This document shows, in pieces, positions 1 through 9,311 of a DNA stretch of 64,000 nucleotides. The notes under the pieces were generated by a model. The model saw only the letters and a list, made by a program, of their open reading frames with translations, searched no databases and had not been told where the DNA came from. The position numbers and the translations under genes were made by a program. The stretch comes from Patescibacteria group bacterium. GTDB lineage: Bacteria > Patescibacteriota > Patescibacteriia > Patescibacteriales > JAQVLT01. The DNA lies in NCBI GenBank assembly GCA_028704015.1, contig JAQVLT010000003.1, positions 36,997-100,996 of the forward strand, given 5' to 3'. The stretch's first letter is position 1. Each line of letters begins with the position of its first letter.

Positions 1-25
1 TTTGAAATTTTTTTAAACTCTATTT

Positions 26-676
26 ATGGAATATTTGGAACATCAAAATATTGAAGAGGTAAGCATAAGTGAATTGACAAAAAAAATGGAATCAATGAGT
101 TTTCACTTACATCAAGAAACAACTGACAAAGCTCAACTAAACCCCATAAAGAGACTCTCATCAATTCAAAATGTTTGGAAAGCTGTAAAAACAAAACTTG
201 GCAATCCTAAAACCGCTCTGGATGTTGGGTCTGGATTTGCTTATGGAACTATATTTTTGGACAAGCAAAACATTAAAACCGTTGGAATTGAAAAAGTCCG
301 TTCTAAAAATACACAAGCCATAGAATTATTTCGCAAACTCGGAATCATTCTAAACAAAGTAGATGAGATTGACTTTACTAAATCCCCAGCAATTCTTGAA
401 GCTGATTTTAATTCATTGCAATCTCAAGAAGTGGCTGATTTGATAACAATGTTTTATCTTAGCGGAGAGTTGGTAACTAATCAACAAACATTCAAAGTTT
501 GCGAAAAATTACTCAAAAAAGATGGTAAAATCGTACTTTCAACTGAAGCAGATAGAAAAACAATAGAAAGTATTATTGGTAATGGAAATTTTAAATTGCC
601 AAGCGGTTTTTCTTTTGAAATAATTGATGTTCCAAACAATTTTGAAAAAACTGTTATAATATTAAACAAAGTTTAA
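26..676 (+). CDS. class I SAM-dependent methyltransferase (family unassigned)
   Basis: 216-aa ORF. Motif I-like LDVGSGFAYG, then VGIE and LKKDGKIVL at Rossmann-MTase spacing. Confidence 0.55.
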   Translation: MEYLEHQNIEEVSISELTKKMESMSFHLHQETTDKAQLNPIKRLSSIQNVWKAVKTKLGNPKTALDVGSGFAYGTIFLDKQNIKTVGIEKVRSKNTQAIELFRKLGIILNKVDEIDFTKSPAILEADFNSLQSQEVADLITMFYLSGELVTNQQTFKVCEKLLKKDGKIVLSTEADRKTIESIIGNGNFKLPSGFSFEIIDVPNNFEKTVIILNKV

Positions 677-809
677 AAAAATTTTCAAAAAATACATCGC
701 ACAACACGGTATATGCGAAATCCTGTATAATTCAAAAATATTTTTTAAAATTTAAGGATATTTAAACTTTCGATCAAAAATTTTATTAACGTATAATCTA
801 TCTATACTT

Positions 810-1691
810 ATGAACTTCAAAACACTTACTGACAACTTTCAGATTCCTGTTATTGGTCTTGGGACTTGGGGAATTGGTGGTTTTACGGAAACCGATTCTT
901 CAAAAGATACAGAGGCTATTCAAGCAATCAAGGACGCAATTGAATTGGGCTATTCACATATTGATACAGCAGAGCTTTATGGTGCGGGGCACACGCATGA
1001 ATTGATTGGCAACGCAATAAAGAATTTAGACAGATCTAAACTTATCATTACCAGCAAGGTATTCAAAACTAATTTGAAATATAATGATGTAATCGCTTCT
1101 TGCAAAAAAAGTTTAGAAAAATTGCAAACAAACTATATTGATATTTATCTCATCCATGCTCCAAATCCCGAAATACCGCTAGAAGAAACAATGAGAGCCA
1201 TGAATCATCTTGTTGGTCAAGGATTAGTTAATTATATTGGTGTTAGCAATTTTTCTGTTGAGCAGATGCAAGAAGCTCAAAAATATTTCAAAAATAAAAT
1301 CGTTGCCAATCAAATTCCTTATAACCTTGCTACAAGAAACGTTAATCTTGATCGTAATACCAACAATTTAGGTAGCTGTATTAATATGGAATCTGAAATT
1401 ATTCCCTATTGCCAGAAAAATAACATTATTATAATGGCATACAGACCAATAGAAAGAGGTTTCTTATTAAAACCAAATTTACTGCTTGATGGCTTATCCA
1501 AGAAATACGGTAAAACTAAAGCTCAAATCAGTATTAATTGGTTGGTTTCCAAAAAGAATATTATTACTATCTCCAAGTCCATAAACATAGATCATCTGAA
1601 AGAGAATTTAGGTGCAATTGGCTGGAATTTAAGCCCCGAAGATATAAAACTTTTAGACGAAATGGAATTTGAAAGTTCAAATAATTATTAA
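810..1691 (+). CDS. aldo/keto reductase
   Basis: 293 aa with GLGTWGIGG, HIDTAELYG and IYLIHAP, typical AKR motifs. Confidence 0.85.
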   Translation: MNFKTLTDNFQIPVIGLGTWGIGGFTETDSSKDTEAIQAIKDAIELGYSHIDTAELYGAGHTHELIGNAIKNLDRSKLIITSKVFKTNLKYNDVIASCKKSLEKLQTNYIDIYLIHAPNPEIPLEETMRAMNHLVGQGLVNYIGVSNFSVEQMQEAQKYFKNKIVANQIPYNLATRNVNLDRNTNNLGSCINMESEIIPYCQKNNIIIMAYRPIERGFLLKPNLLLDGLSKKYGKTKAQISINWLVSKKNIITISKSINIDHLKENLGAIGWNLSPEDIKLLDEMEFESSNNY

Positions 1692-1756
1692 AATCTCTAA
1701 ATAACAAACGCTGTCTAACAAGAGATACAAATAACTTTTCTTTTAGAAAATATTCT

Positions 1757-1779
1757 AAATCCCCTATTTTGGGGATTTT
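1757..1779 (+). terminator. hairpin AAATCCCC-TATTTT-GGGGATTT followed by a T-run
   Basis: Read directly. Lies downstream of the AKR gene and overlaps the last codons of comEC on the other strand. Confidence 0.45.
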
Positions 1780-3317
1780 TTGTTAGGAGAATTGCTATTG
1801 ACTAAATAAATTACAAATAGATAATAAATTAACACCCAGCCGAACCAAAGATAATCAACCTTGATATAAGCGTAGGGAATCCGCGACGTGTAATCAACTG
1901 CTAAAATCACAAATTTTAAAAGTAAATTCGCCGGTAGAAAAAATAAAAATGCCAAGCCGGGAAGCAAAAATCCAAGAATCATCGCCAAAAAAATAAAAAG
2001 CATTGCCGGAGCAATCGTCCAGAGAACTAATAAATTACTCAACGGCGCGACCAGGGAAATTTGCTTAAAATTATAAGCGATAATCGGCAAGGTAAAAACT
2101 TGTGCCGACAATGTTAGAGCTATAATTTCTGCGCCTAAACGAAAAAACTTATTTTTTGCTTTATCTAAATATTTTTCCCAGAGCGGATAAACATAAATCA
2201 AGCCAACTAGCGCCAAAAAAGATAGTTGAAAACCGACATCGTCCCGCAAAAGTCGCGGATTAAATAAAAGCATTGTGGCAGCTGCGAAAATCAAAGCATT
2301 GATCAGGCGACTTTTTCGACCAAGCTGAATAGCGAGCATTGCCAAAAAACTCATAACCGCCGCTCGCACCGCCGAAGCCGGCGCGCCAACCAAAATCGTA
2401 AAAATTATAATAAAAGCTAAGGACAAATAAAATGCCTGCCGCCGCCTAAGGCCAACGGCTAATAAAGCCGTCATACTGGCCGCGGCAATAATTGTCATAT
2501 TCATTCCGGAAACCGCCATGATGTGCGTGAGCCCAGTCTGCGAAAATTTCTGGTTTAATTCTTCGCCCATCCCCTGCCGGTCGCCAATCATTATCCCAAG
2601 CGCTAAACCCGACTCAGGATCAGATAGTCCAAAATTAATTATTTCGCGTATCTTATTTTTTAAAATAAAAATCTTTTTATAAAACCAATCCGCTGGTTTA
2701 TTTGTCACAATATCATCACCAATTTTTTTGATCTGCGGATAATAACAAACGGAAAAAATATTATAGCGCGCCAAATAGCGGTCATAGGAAAAATCGTTAA
2801 TCGCGTCCGGTTGTTTTAAATCACAATTAATTTCCAATTTATCGCCGAAATTATACTCGGGAAACAAATCGGCGGTGATTAATAATTTGCCGCTAACCGG
2901 TAGAGACGCATTGTCATGCGTCTCTACATTATCCGTTCCCACGGATCGTACCTTAATTTCCAATTTTTGATTATTTGACCGCACATCCGGCTCTTTATCC
3001 ACCACGCCATCTACAATAATTTTTTGGCCATTATAATGCCAAATTTTGTCCGGATAATTTTTCGGAATTGAAATTGAATAGCGCCAAACGCCAAAAAATA
3101 AAAAACAACCCCATAGGCCGAGCAGTAAAATTTTTTTATTTGACCAAGAAAAAATTGTTAAAATAAAAAACGCAACTAAAGACGAAAACCAAATAAATCT
3201 ATTTTGAATAATATTTTCTGACACGATTGAAGCCGAGACAATGCCAATAATAAAAAATAAACACAAAAATAAAAAAATCTTTGATTTAGAAAAAATAATA
3301 TCCCTCCTAAAAAACAT
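1764..3317 (-). CDS. comEC: ComEC/Rec2 DNA internalisation channel (no C-terminal MBL domain)
   Basis: 517 aa and polytopic. Competence-domain signature FSQTGLTHIMAVSGMNMTIIAA. The ORF ends before any metallo-beta-lactamase domain. Confidence 0.8.
   Translation of the reverse strand: MFFRRDIIFSKSKIFLFLCLFFIIGIVSASIVSENIIQNRFIWFSSLVAFFILTIFSWSNKKILLLGLWGCFLFFGVWRYSISIPKNYPDKIWHYNGQKIIVDGVVDKEPDVRSNNQKLEIKVRSVGTDNVETHDNASLPVSGKLLITADLFPEYNFGDKLEINCDLKQPDAINDFSYDRYLARYNIFSVCYYPQIKKIGDDIVTNKPADWFYKKIFILKNKIREIINFGLSDPESGLALGIMIGDRQGMGEELNQKFSQTGLTHIMAVSGMNMTIIAAASMTALLAVGLRRRQAFYLSLAFIIIFTILVGAPASAVRAAVMSFLAMLAIQLGRKSRLINALIFAAATMLLFNPRLLRDDVGFQLSFLALVGLIYVYPLWEKYLDKAKNKFFRLGAEIIALTLSAQVFTLPIIAYNFKQISLVAPLSNLLVLWTIAPAMLFIFLAMILGFLLPGLAFLFFLPANLLLKFVILAVDYTSRIPYAYIKVDYLWFGWVLIYYLFVIYLVNSNSPNKKSPK
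2900..2927. repeat. 28-nt GC-rich palindrome inside comEC coding sequence
   Basis: GTAGAGACGCA-TTGTCA-TGCGTCTCTAC, 11-bp perfect arms. Translated as VETHDNASL. Confidence 0.8.
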
Positions 3318-3322
3318 AAAAA

Positions 3323-3592
3323 AAATAAGAGGATATTAAAAACTCCTCTTTTTGAAATTAATCCTTTATTGGCTCATGGCCTTTCTTACGCCGTACGGCA
3401 GGCGTAAGGCGTCGGGAGGCAACACTCCTTCGGATATAATGCTGACAACTTTAGCGCCCAAAAGCGCGGCGCACCGGAAACAATCGCTCTCCCGACATCC
3501 AGGGGGACATACAACACTTTTTGGCCCTACTACGAGCAGATCCATGACTAACCTCCTTCCCTGTTGAAAAAGTACCCCCCCCTCTCTTTTTT
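3323..3592 (-). ncRNA. candidate structured RNA or cis-regulatory leader between prfB and comEC (class unknown)
   Basis: GC-rich block in an AT-rich spacer. Complementary pairs: GTCGGGAG 3411-3418 with CTCCCGAC 3489-3496; CTTACGCC with GGCGTAAG; GCGCC with GGCGC; TCATGG with CCATGA. Ends in AAGAGGA-N10-TCCTCTT plus U8 (3318-3350), which abuts the comEC ATG. No RNase P, tmRNA or SRP motifs recognised. Confidence 0.35.
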
Positions 3593-3629
3593 AGATTAAC
3601 ATAATTATTGTTTTAATGCTATTTTCTTA

Positions 3630-4727
3630 CTATATACTTCGCGCTTTGCGCAAATACGCTTCCATAAATTGTTCTAGTTCCCCATCTAAAATATTATCAA
3701 TATTTTGCGTTTCAAAATTTGTCCGATGATCTTTTACCATTTTATAAGGTTGCATGACATAAGAGCGAATTTGTTTTCCCCATTCAGCTTTCTGCGCTTC
3801 ACCGCGCATTTTCTTTTCTTCTTTGTCCTTTTCTTCTTCTTGCAATTTAAATAATTTTGATTTTAAAATTTTTAATGCGTTTTCCTTGTTCTGATGCTGA
3901 GAACGCTCAGTCTGACAAGTTACCGTGATGCCAGTCGGCTTGTGAACGACACGCACGGCCGAATCGGTAGTATTCACACTCTGACCGCCAGGACCGGATG
4001 AACGAAAAACATCAATCCGCAAATCTTCATCTTTTATTTCAATGCTTTCTGCTTCCGGCAATTCCGGTATTACCTCAACCAAAGCGAAAGAAGTATGCCG
4101 CATTTGCTCGGCGTCAAATGGCGAAATGCGAACCAAGCGATGAACGCCATTTTCACTGCGCAAATAGCCATATGCCCAGCGTCCGATAATTTTTATCACT
4201 GAGCTCTTTATACCAGCTTCATTACCCATAACTCTATCCATAATTTCCGTTTTCCAACCCCTTTTTTCCGCAAATCGTAAATACATCCGCTCTAAAATTT
4301 GCGCCCAATCTTGCGCATCAACGCCGCCCGTGCCAGCATGAATTGAAACAATTGCGTTGCTTCTGTCATATCTCCCGGAAAATAAAACTAAAAATTCAAG
4401 CTGAGAAAATTTTTCTTTCAATTCAATATATTTTTGATTTACCTCGTCATAAACCGAGACGTCATTTTCCTTCGCAGCCACTGCCGCAAATTCTTCAAGC
4501 TCTCTAACTTCTTTGGATAATTCTTCCCACTTATTTACCTCGCTCTCCAATTCTTCTAATTTTTTGCTGATTGTCACCGCCTTCTCATGATTATTCCAAA
4601 AATTGGGATTACTGATTTCCCTCTTAATTTCTCTAATTTCTGTTTTTTGCCCTTCCAAATCCAAAAGCTCCGAAGTATCTAAAATTCGCTCGCGTAATTC
4701 TTCCAAATTTTTCAATAAATTCTCCAT
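3630..4727 (-). CDS. prfB: peptide chain release factor 2
   Basis: 365 aa with the SPF tripeptide (RISPFD) and GGQ (SGPGGQSVN). One uninterrupted ORF, no +1 frameshift site. Confidence 0.92.
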   Translation of the reverse strand: MENLLKNLEELRERILDTSELLDLEGQKTEIREIKREISNPNFWNNHEKAVTISKKLEELESEVNKWEELSKEVRELEEFAAVAAKENDVSVYDEVNQKYIELKEKFSQLEFLVLFSGRYDRSNAIVSIHAGTGGVDAQDWAQILERMYLRFAEKRGWKTEIMDRVMGNEAGIKSSVIKIIGRWAYGYLRSENGVHRLVRISPFDAEQMRHTSFALVEVIPELPEAESIEIKDEDLRIDVFRSSGPGGQSVNTTDSAVRVVHKPTGITVTCQTERSQHQNKENALKILKSKLFKLQEEEKDKEEKKMRGEAQKAEWGKQIRSYVMQPYKMVKDHRTNFETQNIDNILDGELEQFMEAYLRKARSI

Positions 4728-4811
4728 ATCCCGGCAAATTACAAATTAACTCCGAATATACAAATATATAATAAGTATACCATAATATTTCGTAAAACTT
4801 CCAGCAAATAC

Positions 4812-4837
4812 AAAAATCCCGATTACTCGGGATTTTT
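4812..4837. terminator. bidirectional hairpin AAAAATCCCG-ATTACT-CGGGATTTTT
   Basis: Read directly, downstream of rpsI on the minus strand. Confidence 0.55.
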
Positions 4838-4878
4838 TGTTTATATCAATTTTTTTTCTAAAAACTAAAATCTTAAAA

Positions 4879-5331
4879 CTAACGTTTTGACCATTGCGGA
4901 GCGCGTCTTGCTTTTTTGAGGCCCGGCTTCTTTCTTTCTTTCTTGCGAGCATCTCTGGTTACTAAATCTTTTGCCCTTAAAACTAATTTTATTTCTTTAT
5001 TCATGGCAATTAATATTCTGGATATTCCTAGCCGTGCAGCTTCTGCCTGTGCTTTCTTCCCGCCGCCATGAACTATGATAGATATATCAAAATCTCTCTG
5101 TTGGCCGGTTAATTTCAATGATTGGCTGAGAATTGCAATATGATCAGCAGTAAAATATTTTTTAGCCGGTAAACCATTAACCGCAATCATGCCCTTGCCG
5201 TTTTGATAAATTCTAACTTCCGCCGATGCAGTTTTTCGAGAACCGATCGCTCTGATATATTTCCCTTTAAACTTAATTGCTTCTTCATTGTTTTCCACAA
5301 TTTTATTGGTTGTATTTTTTTCTTCTGTCAT
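4879..5331 (-). CDS. rpsI: 30S ribosomal protein S9
   Basis: C-terminus KKARRAPQWSKR and GSRKTASAEVRI core. About 20-aa N-terminal extension. Confidence 0.93.
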   Translation of the reverse strand: MTEEKNTTNKIVENNEEAIKFKGKYIRAIGSRKTASAEVRIYQNGKGMIAVNGLPAKKYFTADHIAILSQSLKLTGQQRDFDISIIVHGGGKKAQAEAARLGISRILIAMNKEIKLVLRAKDLVTRDARKKERKKPGLKKARRAPQWSKR

Positions 5332-5346
5332 AAATATTTATGCAAT

Positions 5347-5703
5347 TTATCTGATTATTAATCTTTTTAACATGCCATTGCGCAATCTATTAGCCGGAAG
5401 CATTTGTTTTACCGCTCGCATCAATATATCTCCCGGATTTTTTTCTTTTAGATCTTTCATTTTAGTGACTCTAATTCCTCCCGGATAACCTGAATAACGA
5501 TAATATTTTTTCTGTTCAAGTTTCTTGCCGGTAAACTTTAATTTACTAATGTTTGCAACTTCAACAATGTCTCCTGCGTCAATATTGGGAGTATATTCCG
5601 GTTTATTTTTGCCACGTAAAATTATTGCGATTTGAGATGCTAATCTTCCGACCGCCTTATCTGTCGCATCAATTTTTTGTAATTTTCTTTCAACCTTTTT
5701 CAT
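5347..5703 (-). CDS. rplM: 50S ribosomal protein L13
   Basis: KAVGRLASQIAIILRGKNKPEYTPNIDAGD matches the L13 N-terminal core. Only 118 aa, which is short. Confidence 0.9.
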   Translation of the reverse strand: MKKVERKLQKIDATDKAVGRLASQIAIILRGKNKPEYTPNIDAGDIVEVANISKLKFTGKKLEQKKYYRYSGYPGGIRVTKMKDLKEKNPGDILMRAVKQMLPANRLRNGMLKRLIIR

Positions 5704-5739
5704 ATTTGTAGATTTGAATATTATTTGTAGATTTGAGTG

Positions 5740-6090
5740 CTATACTAATTCTAATTGCACCACTTCGGCACCATCGCCTTTTCTATCACCCAATTTAATA
5801 ATTCTGGTATAGCCGCCTTTTTTGTCTTTATATTTAGCTCCTAAAACTTCCATGGCTTTTTTTATCGCCATTTTCTGCGGTAAAATCTGAATTAATTGGC
5901 GTCTGGCAGATAAGTCTCCTTTTTTGGCAATCGTAATAATTTTTTCTACCAACGGCTTAACTGCTTTTGCCTTTGCGGATGTAGTTTTTACTTTTTCGTA
6001 AATTAAAACGCTTGACGCCAAATTTCTCAGCATCAATTCCCTCGGTGCTTTTTTTCTGTCTAAAATTACTCCTTTATTTCCATGTCTCAT
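5740..6090 (-). CDS. rplQ: 50S ribosomal protein L17
   Basis: MRHGNKGVILDRKKAPR...GGYTRIIKLGDRKGDGA...LELV. Confidence 0.92.
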   Translation of the reverse strand: MRHGNKGVILDRKKAPRELMLRNLASSVLIYEKVKTTSAKAKAVKPLVEKIITIAKKGDLSARRQLIQILPQKMAIKKAMEVLGAKYKDKKGGYTRIIKLGDRKGDGAEVVQLELV

Positions 6091-6107
6091 ATGTATAATT
6101 TTTTATT

Positions 6108-6929
6108 TTAAGATTTCTTTGGGCGACCGCGCCTTTTCTTTTCTGTAGTAAGTTCCTCGGAAACCGACTCAGCATCCTCCTCGATAGATTCCTCTTCAAC
6201 TTTTTCTTCTTCAATATTTTGCGCTTTTTTTTCAACTTCCTCGCCCAACAAAGCGTTAAATTGGTTAATTAATATTTGCGCTGAATCTTCAAAAGCTTTT
6301 TGCGGAGTAATAGTGCCGTCAGTCACAATGTCCAATATCAACTTGTCCCAATTGGTCATTTTGCCGACGCGCATGCTATCTACTGAGATACCGACAGAAA
6401 CAACCGGAGAAAAAATTGAATCCATATCAATATGACCGATCTCATGCTTTTTTTCTTCTATACTTTCTATTGAGCGATAACCGCGTCCACGGCTCACATA
6501 GATTTCCATATTCAAACTGCCGGCCATGTCAGTAATATGCGCCAAAATTAAATCCGGATTAACAATTTCTACTTCGCTATTTTTAGTAATATCGCCCGCT
6601 TTTACTTCTTTCGCGCCATGCGCATTTAATTCTAATTTTATTTCTTCGTCGCTTTCAGAAAATATTTTTAAGCGCAATTGTTTCAAATTTAAAATAATAT
6701 CTAAAACATCTTCTTTGACGTGCGGCAAAGACATAAACTCATGATCAACTCCCTTTATCTTAACGCTCACTACCGCGGCGCCAGGCAAAGAAGAAAGCAA
6801 CACCCGCCTCAAAGAATTACCCAGAGTTGTGCCATAACCAGGATAGCACGGTTCAACCGTAACAATCCCCTGATTAGCACTTTCTCCGGCTTTAAATTCT
6901 ATTTTTTTAGGCAAAACGATGTCGTTCAT
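6108..6929 (-). CDS. rpoA: RNA polymerase alpha subunit: NTD only, with an acidic tail and AT-hook
   Basis: NTD motifs GNSLRRVLLSSLPGAAV. The ORF track starts at 6959, but ATG at 6929 (MNDIVLPKKIEF) matches the usual N-terminus. C-terminus is EE-rich and ends KKRRGRPKKS. Confidence 0.9.
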   Translation of the reverse strand: MNDIVLPKKIEFKAGESANQGIVTVEPCYPGYGTTLGNSLRRVLLSSLPGAAVVSVKIKGVDHEFMSLPHVKEDVLDIILNLKQLRLKIFSESDEEIKLELNAHGAKEVKAGDITKNSEVEIVNPDLILAHITDMAGSLNMEIYVSRGRGYRSIESIEEKKHEIGHIDMDSIFSPVVSVGISVDSMRVGKMTNWDKLILDIVTDGTITPQKAFEDSAQILINQFNALLGEEVEKKAQNIEEEKVEEESIEEDAESVSEELTTEKKRRGRPKKS

Positions 6930-7040
6930 AGAATGTAATTGGTGATTGGTAATTTGCAATTTGGCCGTATTTGCGGCTCTCCTCCAAAGCTTACCAAATT
7001 ACTGATTACAAATTACTAATTACTATTATATAAATAAAAA

Positions 7041-7670
7041 TTATCTTGAATAAAACTCAACGATCATCTGAATATTTAAATTGCTTCTTATATCATCCAT
7101 AGTCGGCAAATGTAAAATTTTTCCGCTTAATTCCTCAGTATTAACATTTACCCAGCTAGGCAGAGTTGCTTTTTTTAATTTTTCACCCAAATCTTTAAAA
7201 TGTTTAAACTTTTTACTTCTTTCTTTGACTTTAACAATATCACCAACTTTTACGGAATAAGACGGAATATTCACTGCTTTGCCATTTACGGTAAAATGGC
7301 CATGATTTACTAATTGCCGAGCTTGATTCCGTGAATTCGCCATATTTAAACGATAAACCGCGTTATCCAATCTTAATTCCAAAAGTTTAAATAAATTATC
7401 TCCGGTATTGCCTGAATGTTTCTTGGCTTTTTCAAAAGTGATAGAAAATTGCTTCTCATTTAAATTATATTGTTTCTTGGCTTTTTGTTTTTCGGTTAAC
7501 TGAATGCCATAGTCGCTCTGCTTTCTCTTATTCTTTTGGCCATGGCAACCAGGCGGATAGTTTCTTTTTACCATCGCGCATTTCTGCGTGCTACAACGAT
7601 CGCCTTTAAGCATCAGCTTTTCGCCTACTCGTCTGCATTGTTTGCATTTTGGATCTAAATTTCTTCCCAT
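7041..7670 (-). CDS. rpsD: 30S ribosomal protein S4
   Basis: 209 aa with the Cys-cluster N-terminus CKQCRR..C..QKC and an S4 domain (RLDNAVYRL). Confidence 0.93.
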   Translation of the reverse strand: MGRNLDPKCKQCRRVGEKLMLKGDRCSTQKCAMVKRNYPPGCHGQKNKRKQSDYGIQLTEKQKAKKQYNLNEKQFSITFEKAKKHSGNTGDNLFKLLELRLDNAVYRLNMANSRNQARQLVNHGHFTVNGKAVNIPSYSVKVGDIVKVKERSKKFKHFKDLGEKLKKATLPSWVNVNTEELSGKILHLPTMDDIRSNLNIQMIVEFYSR

Positions 7671-7698
7671 ATTTATTAATTAGAAATTCTTAAATTTA

Positions 7699-8304
7699 TT
7701 ATACTCTTCTTGGCTTCTTCGGACGGCAACCATTGTGAGGAATCGGAGTAATATCTTTGATTGAATTAATGTATAAACCATTAGCATTTAAAGCTCTTAC
7801 GGCTGATTCTCGGCCAGTACCAACTCCCTTTATAAAGGCGCTCACTTCTTCCAGGCCATAATCCTGACGCGCTTTTTCAACGGCTATTCTCGTAATAATG
7901 GAGGCGGCGTAAGGAGTTGATTTTTTTGCTCCTTTAAAACCGGCTATACCGGCGCTTGCCCATGAAAGGACATTGCCCTGTACATCAGTCAAGGTTACTA
8001 TCGTATTATTATAAGTGGCGTTAACAAAGGCCATGCCAATATTTGCTTTTCTCACAACTTTTTTCTTTTTCTTTTTGTATGATTTTTTTTCTGATTTATC
8101 ATTTTTTCTGCTTTCCAACTTTTTTCTAACTTCTTCCGGCAATTCTTCAAGTTCCGGTCCATTTTTCTGAGAAACATTTTCTTCAACTTCAAAATTTTCA
8201 TTTTCCTCAACATCAAACTGAGCTTCCTGGTTTGAAACTTCATCTTTTTTTATTTCGTCATTATTTTGTGTATCTTTTTCTTCAGTCATATAAATATAAT
8301 TCAA
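7699..8304 (-). CDS. rpsK: 30S ribosomal protein S11 with a long acidic N-terminal extension
   Basis: Core [18 protein letters not shown]...[13 protein letters not shown]. About 70 extra N-terminal residues rich in E/D/K. Confidence 0.9.
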   Translation of the reverse strand: MNYIYMTEEKDTQNNDEIKKDEVSNQEAQFDVEENENFEVEENVSQKNGPELEELPEEVRKKLESRKNDKSEKKSYKKKKKKVVRKANIGMAFVNATYNNTIVTLTDVQGNVLSWASAGIAGFKGAKKSTPYAASIITRIAVEKARQDYGLEEVSAFIKGVGTGRESAVRALNANGLYINSIKDITPIPHNGCRPKKPRRV

Positions 8305-8310
8305 ATTCTT

Positions 8311-8703
8311 TTAAGTTTTTTGCGCTGACATTTTTTTGCCGGAAGTTGCTGTTCTTCTGACGTTGCCGCGAACGGTTCGACTATTAGTCTTGGTTCTCTG
8401 GCCTCTTACCGGCAAACTCTTGGCATGACGCAAACCGCGATATGTATTAATTTCTTTTAATCTTTTAATATTTCCGGAAATATCTCTTTTTAAATCACCT
8501 TCAACGCGATGTTGCTTTTCAATAATTACTCTTAATTTATTTGCCTCTTCTTCGGTTAAATCTTTAACTCTTTTGTTTGGATCAATATCTGCTTGTTTTA
8601 AAATTTTGTTAGAAAGAGTTTGACCAATACCAAAAATATAAGTCAATGATGTTTCCACTCTTTTCTCGTTTGGAATTGTTACGCCAGCGATACGAATTGC
8701 CAT
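8311..8703 (-). CDS. rpsM: 30S ribosomal protein S13
   Basis: [16 protein letters not shown]...[20 protein letters not shown]. Confidence 0.93.
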   Translation of the reverse strand: MAIRIAGVTIPNEKRVETSLTYIFGIGQTLSNKILKQADIDPNKRVKDLTEEEANKLRVIIEKQHRVEGDLKRDISGNIKRLKEINTYRGLRHAKSLPVRGQRTKTNSRTVRGNVRRTATSGKKMSAQKT

Positions 8704-8775
8704 TTTAAGAATTAAGATTTAAGAATTAAGATTTAAGAATTAATCTTAAATCGAAAATCTAAAATCAAAAATTAA

Positions 8776-8889
8776 TTATCCTTGTCTTTGTTTATGTTTA
8801 GGATTCTTGCAAATTATAAAAACCCGTCCTTTGCGTCGGACAGTTTTACAGTCTTTGCATATTTTTTTTACACTCGCGCGTACTTTCAT
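8776..8889 (-). CDS. rpmJ: 50S ribosomal protein L36
   Basis: Hand-translated 37-aa [40 protein letters not shown]. Too short for the ORF track. Confidence 0.9.
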   Translation of the reverse strand: MKVRASVKKICKDCKTVRRKGRVFIICKNPKHKQRQG

Positions 8890-8894
8890 AAATA

Positions 8895-9140
8895 TTACAA
8901 TCTATAAGTTACTCTTCCTTTTGTAAGGTCATATGGGCTCATTTCCACCCTTACTCTATCTCCCGGCAATAGTCTGATTTTATTCATTCTCATCTTGCCT
9001 GAGAGATGCGCTAAAATTTCATGACCGTTTTCCAATAAAACTTTAAAAGTCCCTGCCGGCATTAATTCCAGCACTTCTCCTTGCATTTCAATAAAATCCT
9101 TTGAATTTGGAATTGATGTATTTTCTGCCATTTTACACAA
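8895..9140 (-). CDS. infA: translation initiation factor IF-1
   Basis: S1-like core [35 protein letters not shown]. The start may instead be the second ATG at 9131. Confidence 0.92.
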   Translation of the reverse strand: MCKMAENTSIPNSKDFIEMQGEVLELMPAGTFKVLLENGHEILAHLSGKMRMNKIRLLPGDRVRVEMSPYDLTKGRVTYRL

Positions 9141-9224
9141 AAAACTTGGTAAAATTTAAAAATTTACCAAAATTTTGGTAATTACTACGATTTATTAAAT
9201 ATTATTTATAGTTACGTAAAAATA

Positions 9225-9253
9225 ATTATATATGCTCATCAATTTATTGTCAA
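9225..9253 (-). promoter_or_regulatory. consensus sigma70-type promoter for the infA-rpsI operon
   Basis: Minus strand reads TTGACA (9253-9248), a 17-nt spacer, then TATAAT (9230-9225). Confidence 0.55.
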
Positions 9254-9311
9254 GAGACTGGGTTGTGAATAATATTGGGTCAAAAATTTTTCGTTTTCTT
9301 TTGGTATTATT

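Noticed and set aside
3352-3567. 71-aa ORF on the plus strand
   Set aside because: It lies entirely within the GC-rich structured block, has no SD, and its Pro/Arg/Gly/Thr-rich product is typical of translating structured RNA. The region is better explained as the ncRNA/leader candidate.
3630-4727. Absence of the programmed +1 frameshift in prfB
   Set aside because: A sizeable minority of bacteria encode RF2 in a single frame. It is still informative, since RF2 is present and UGA is therefore presumably a stop, but not unusual enough to report as a finding.
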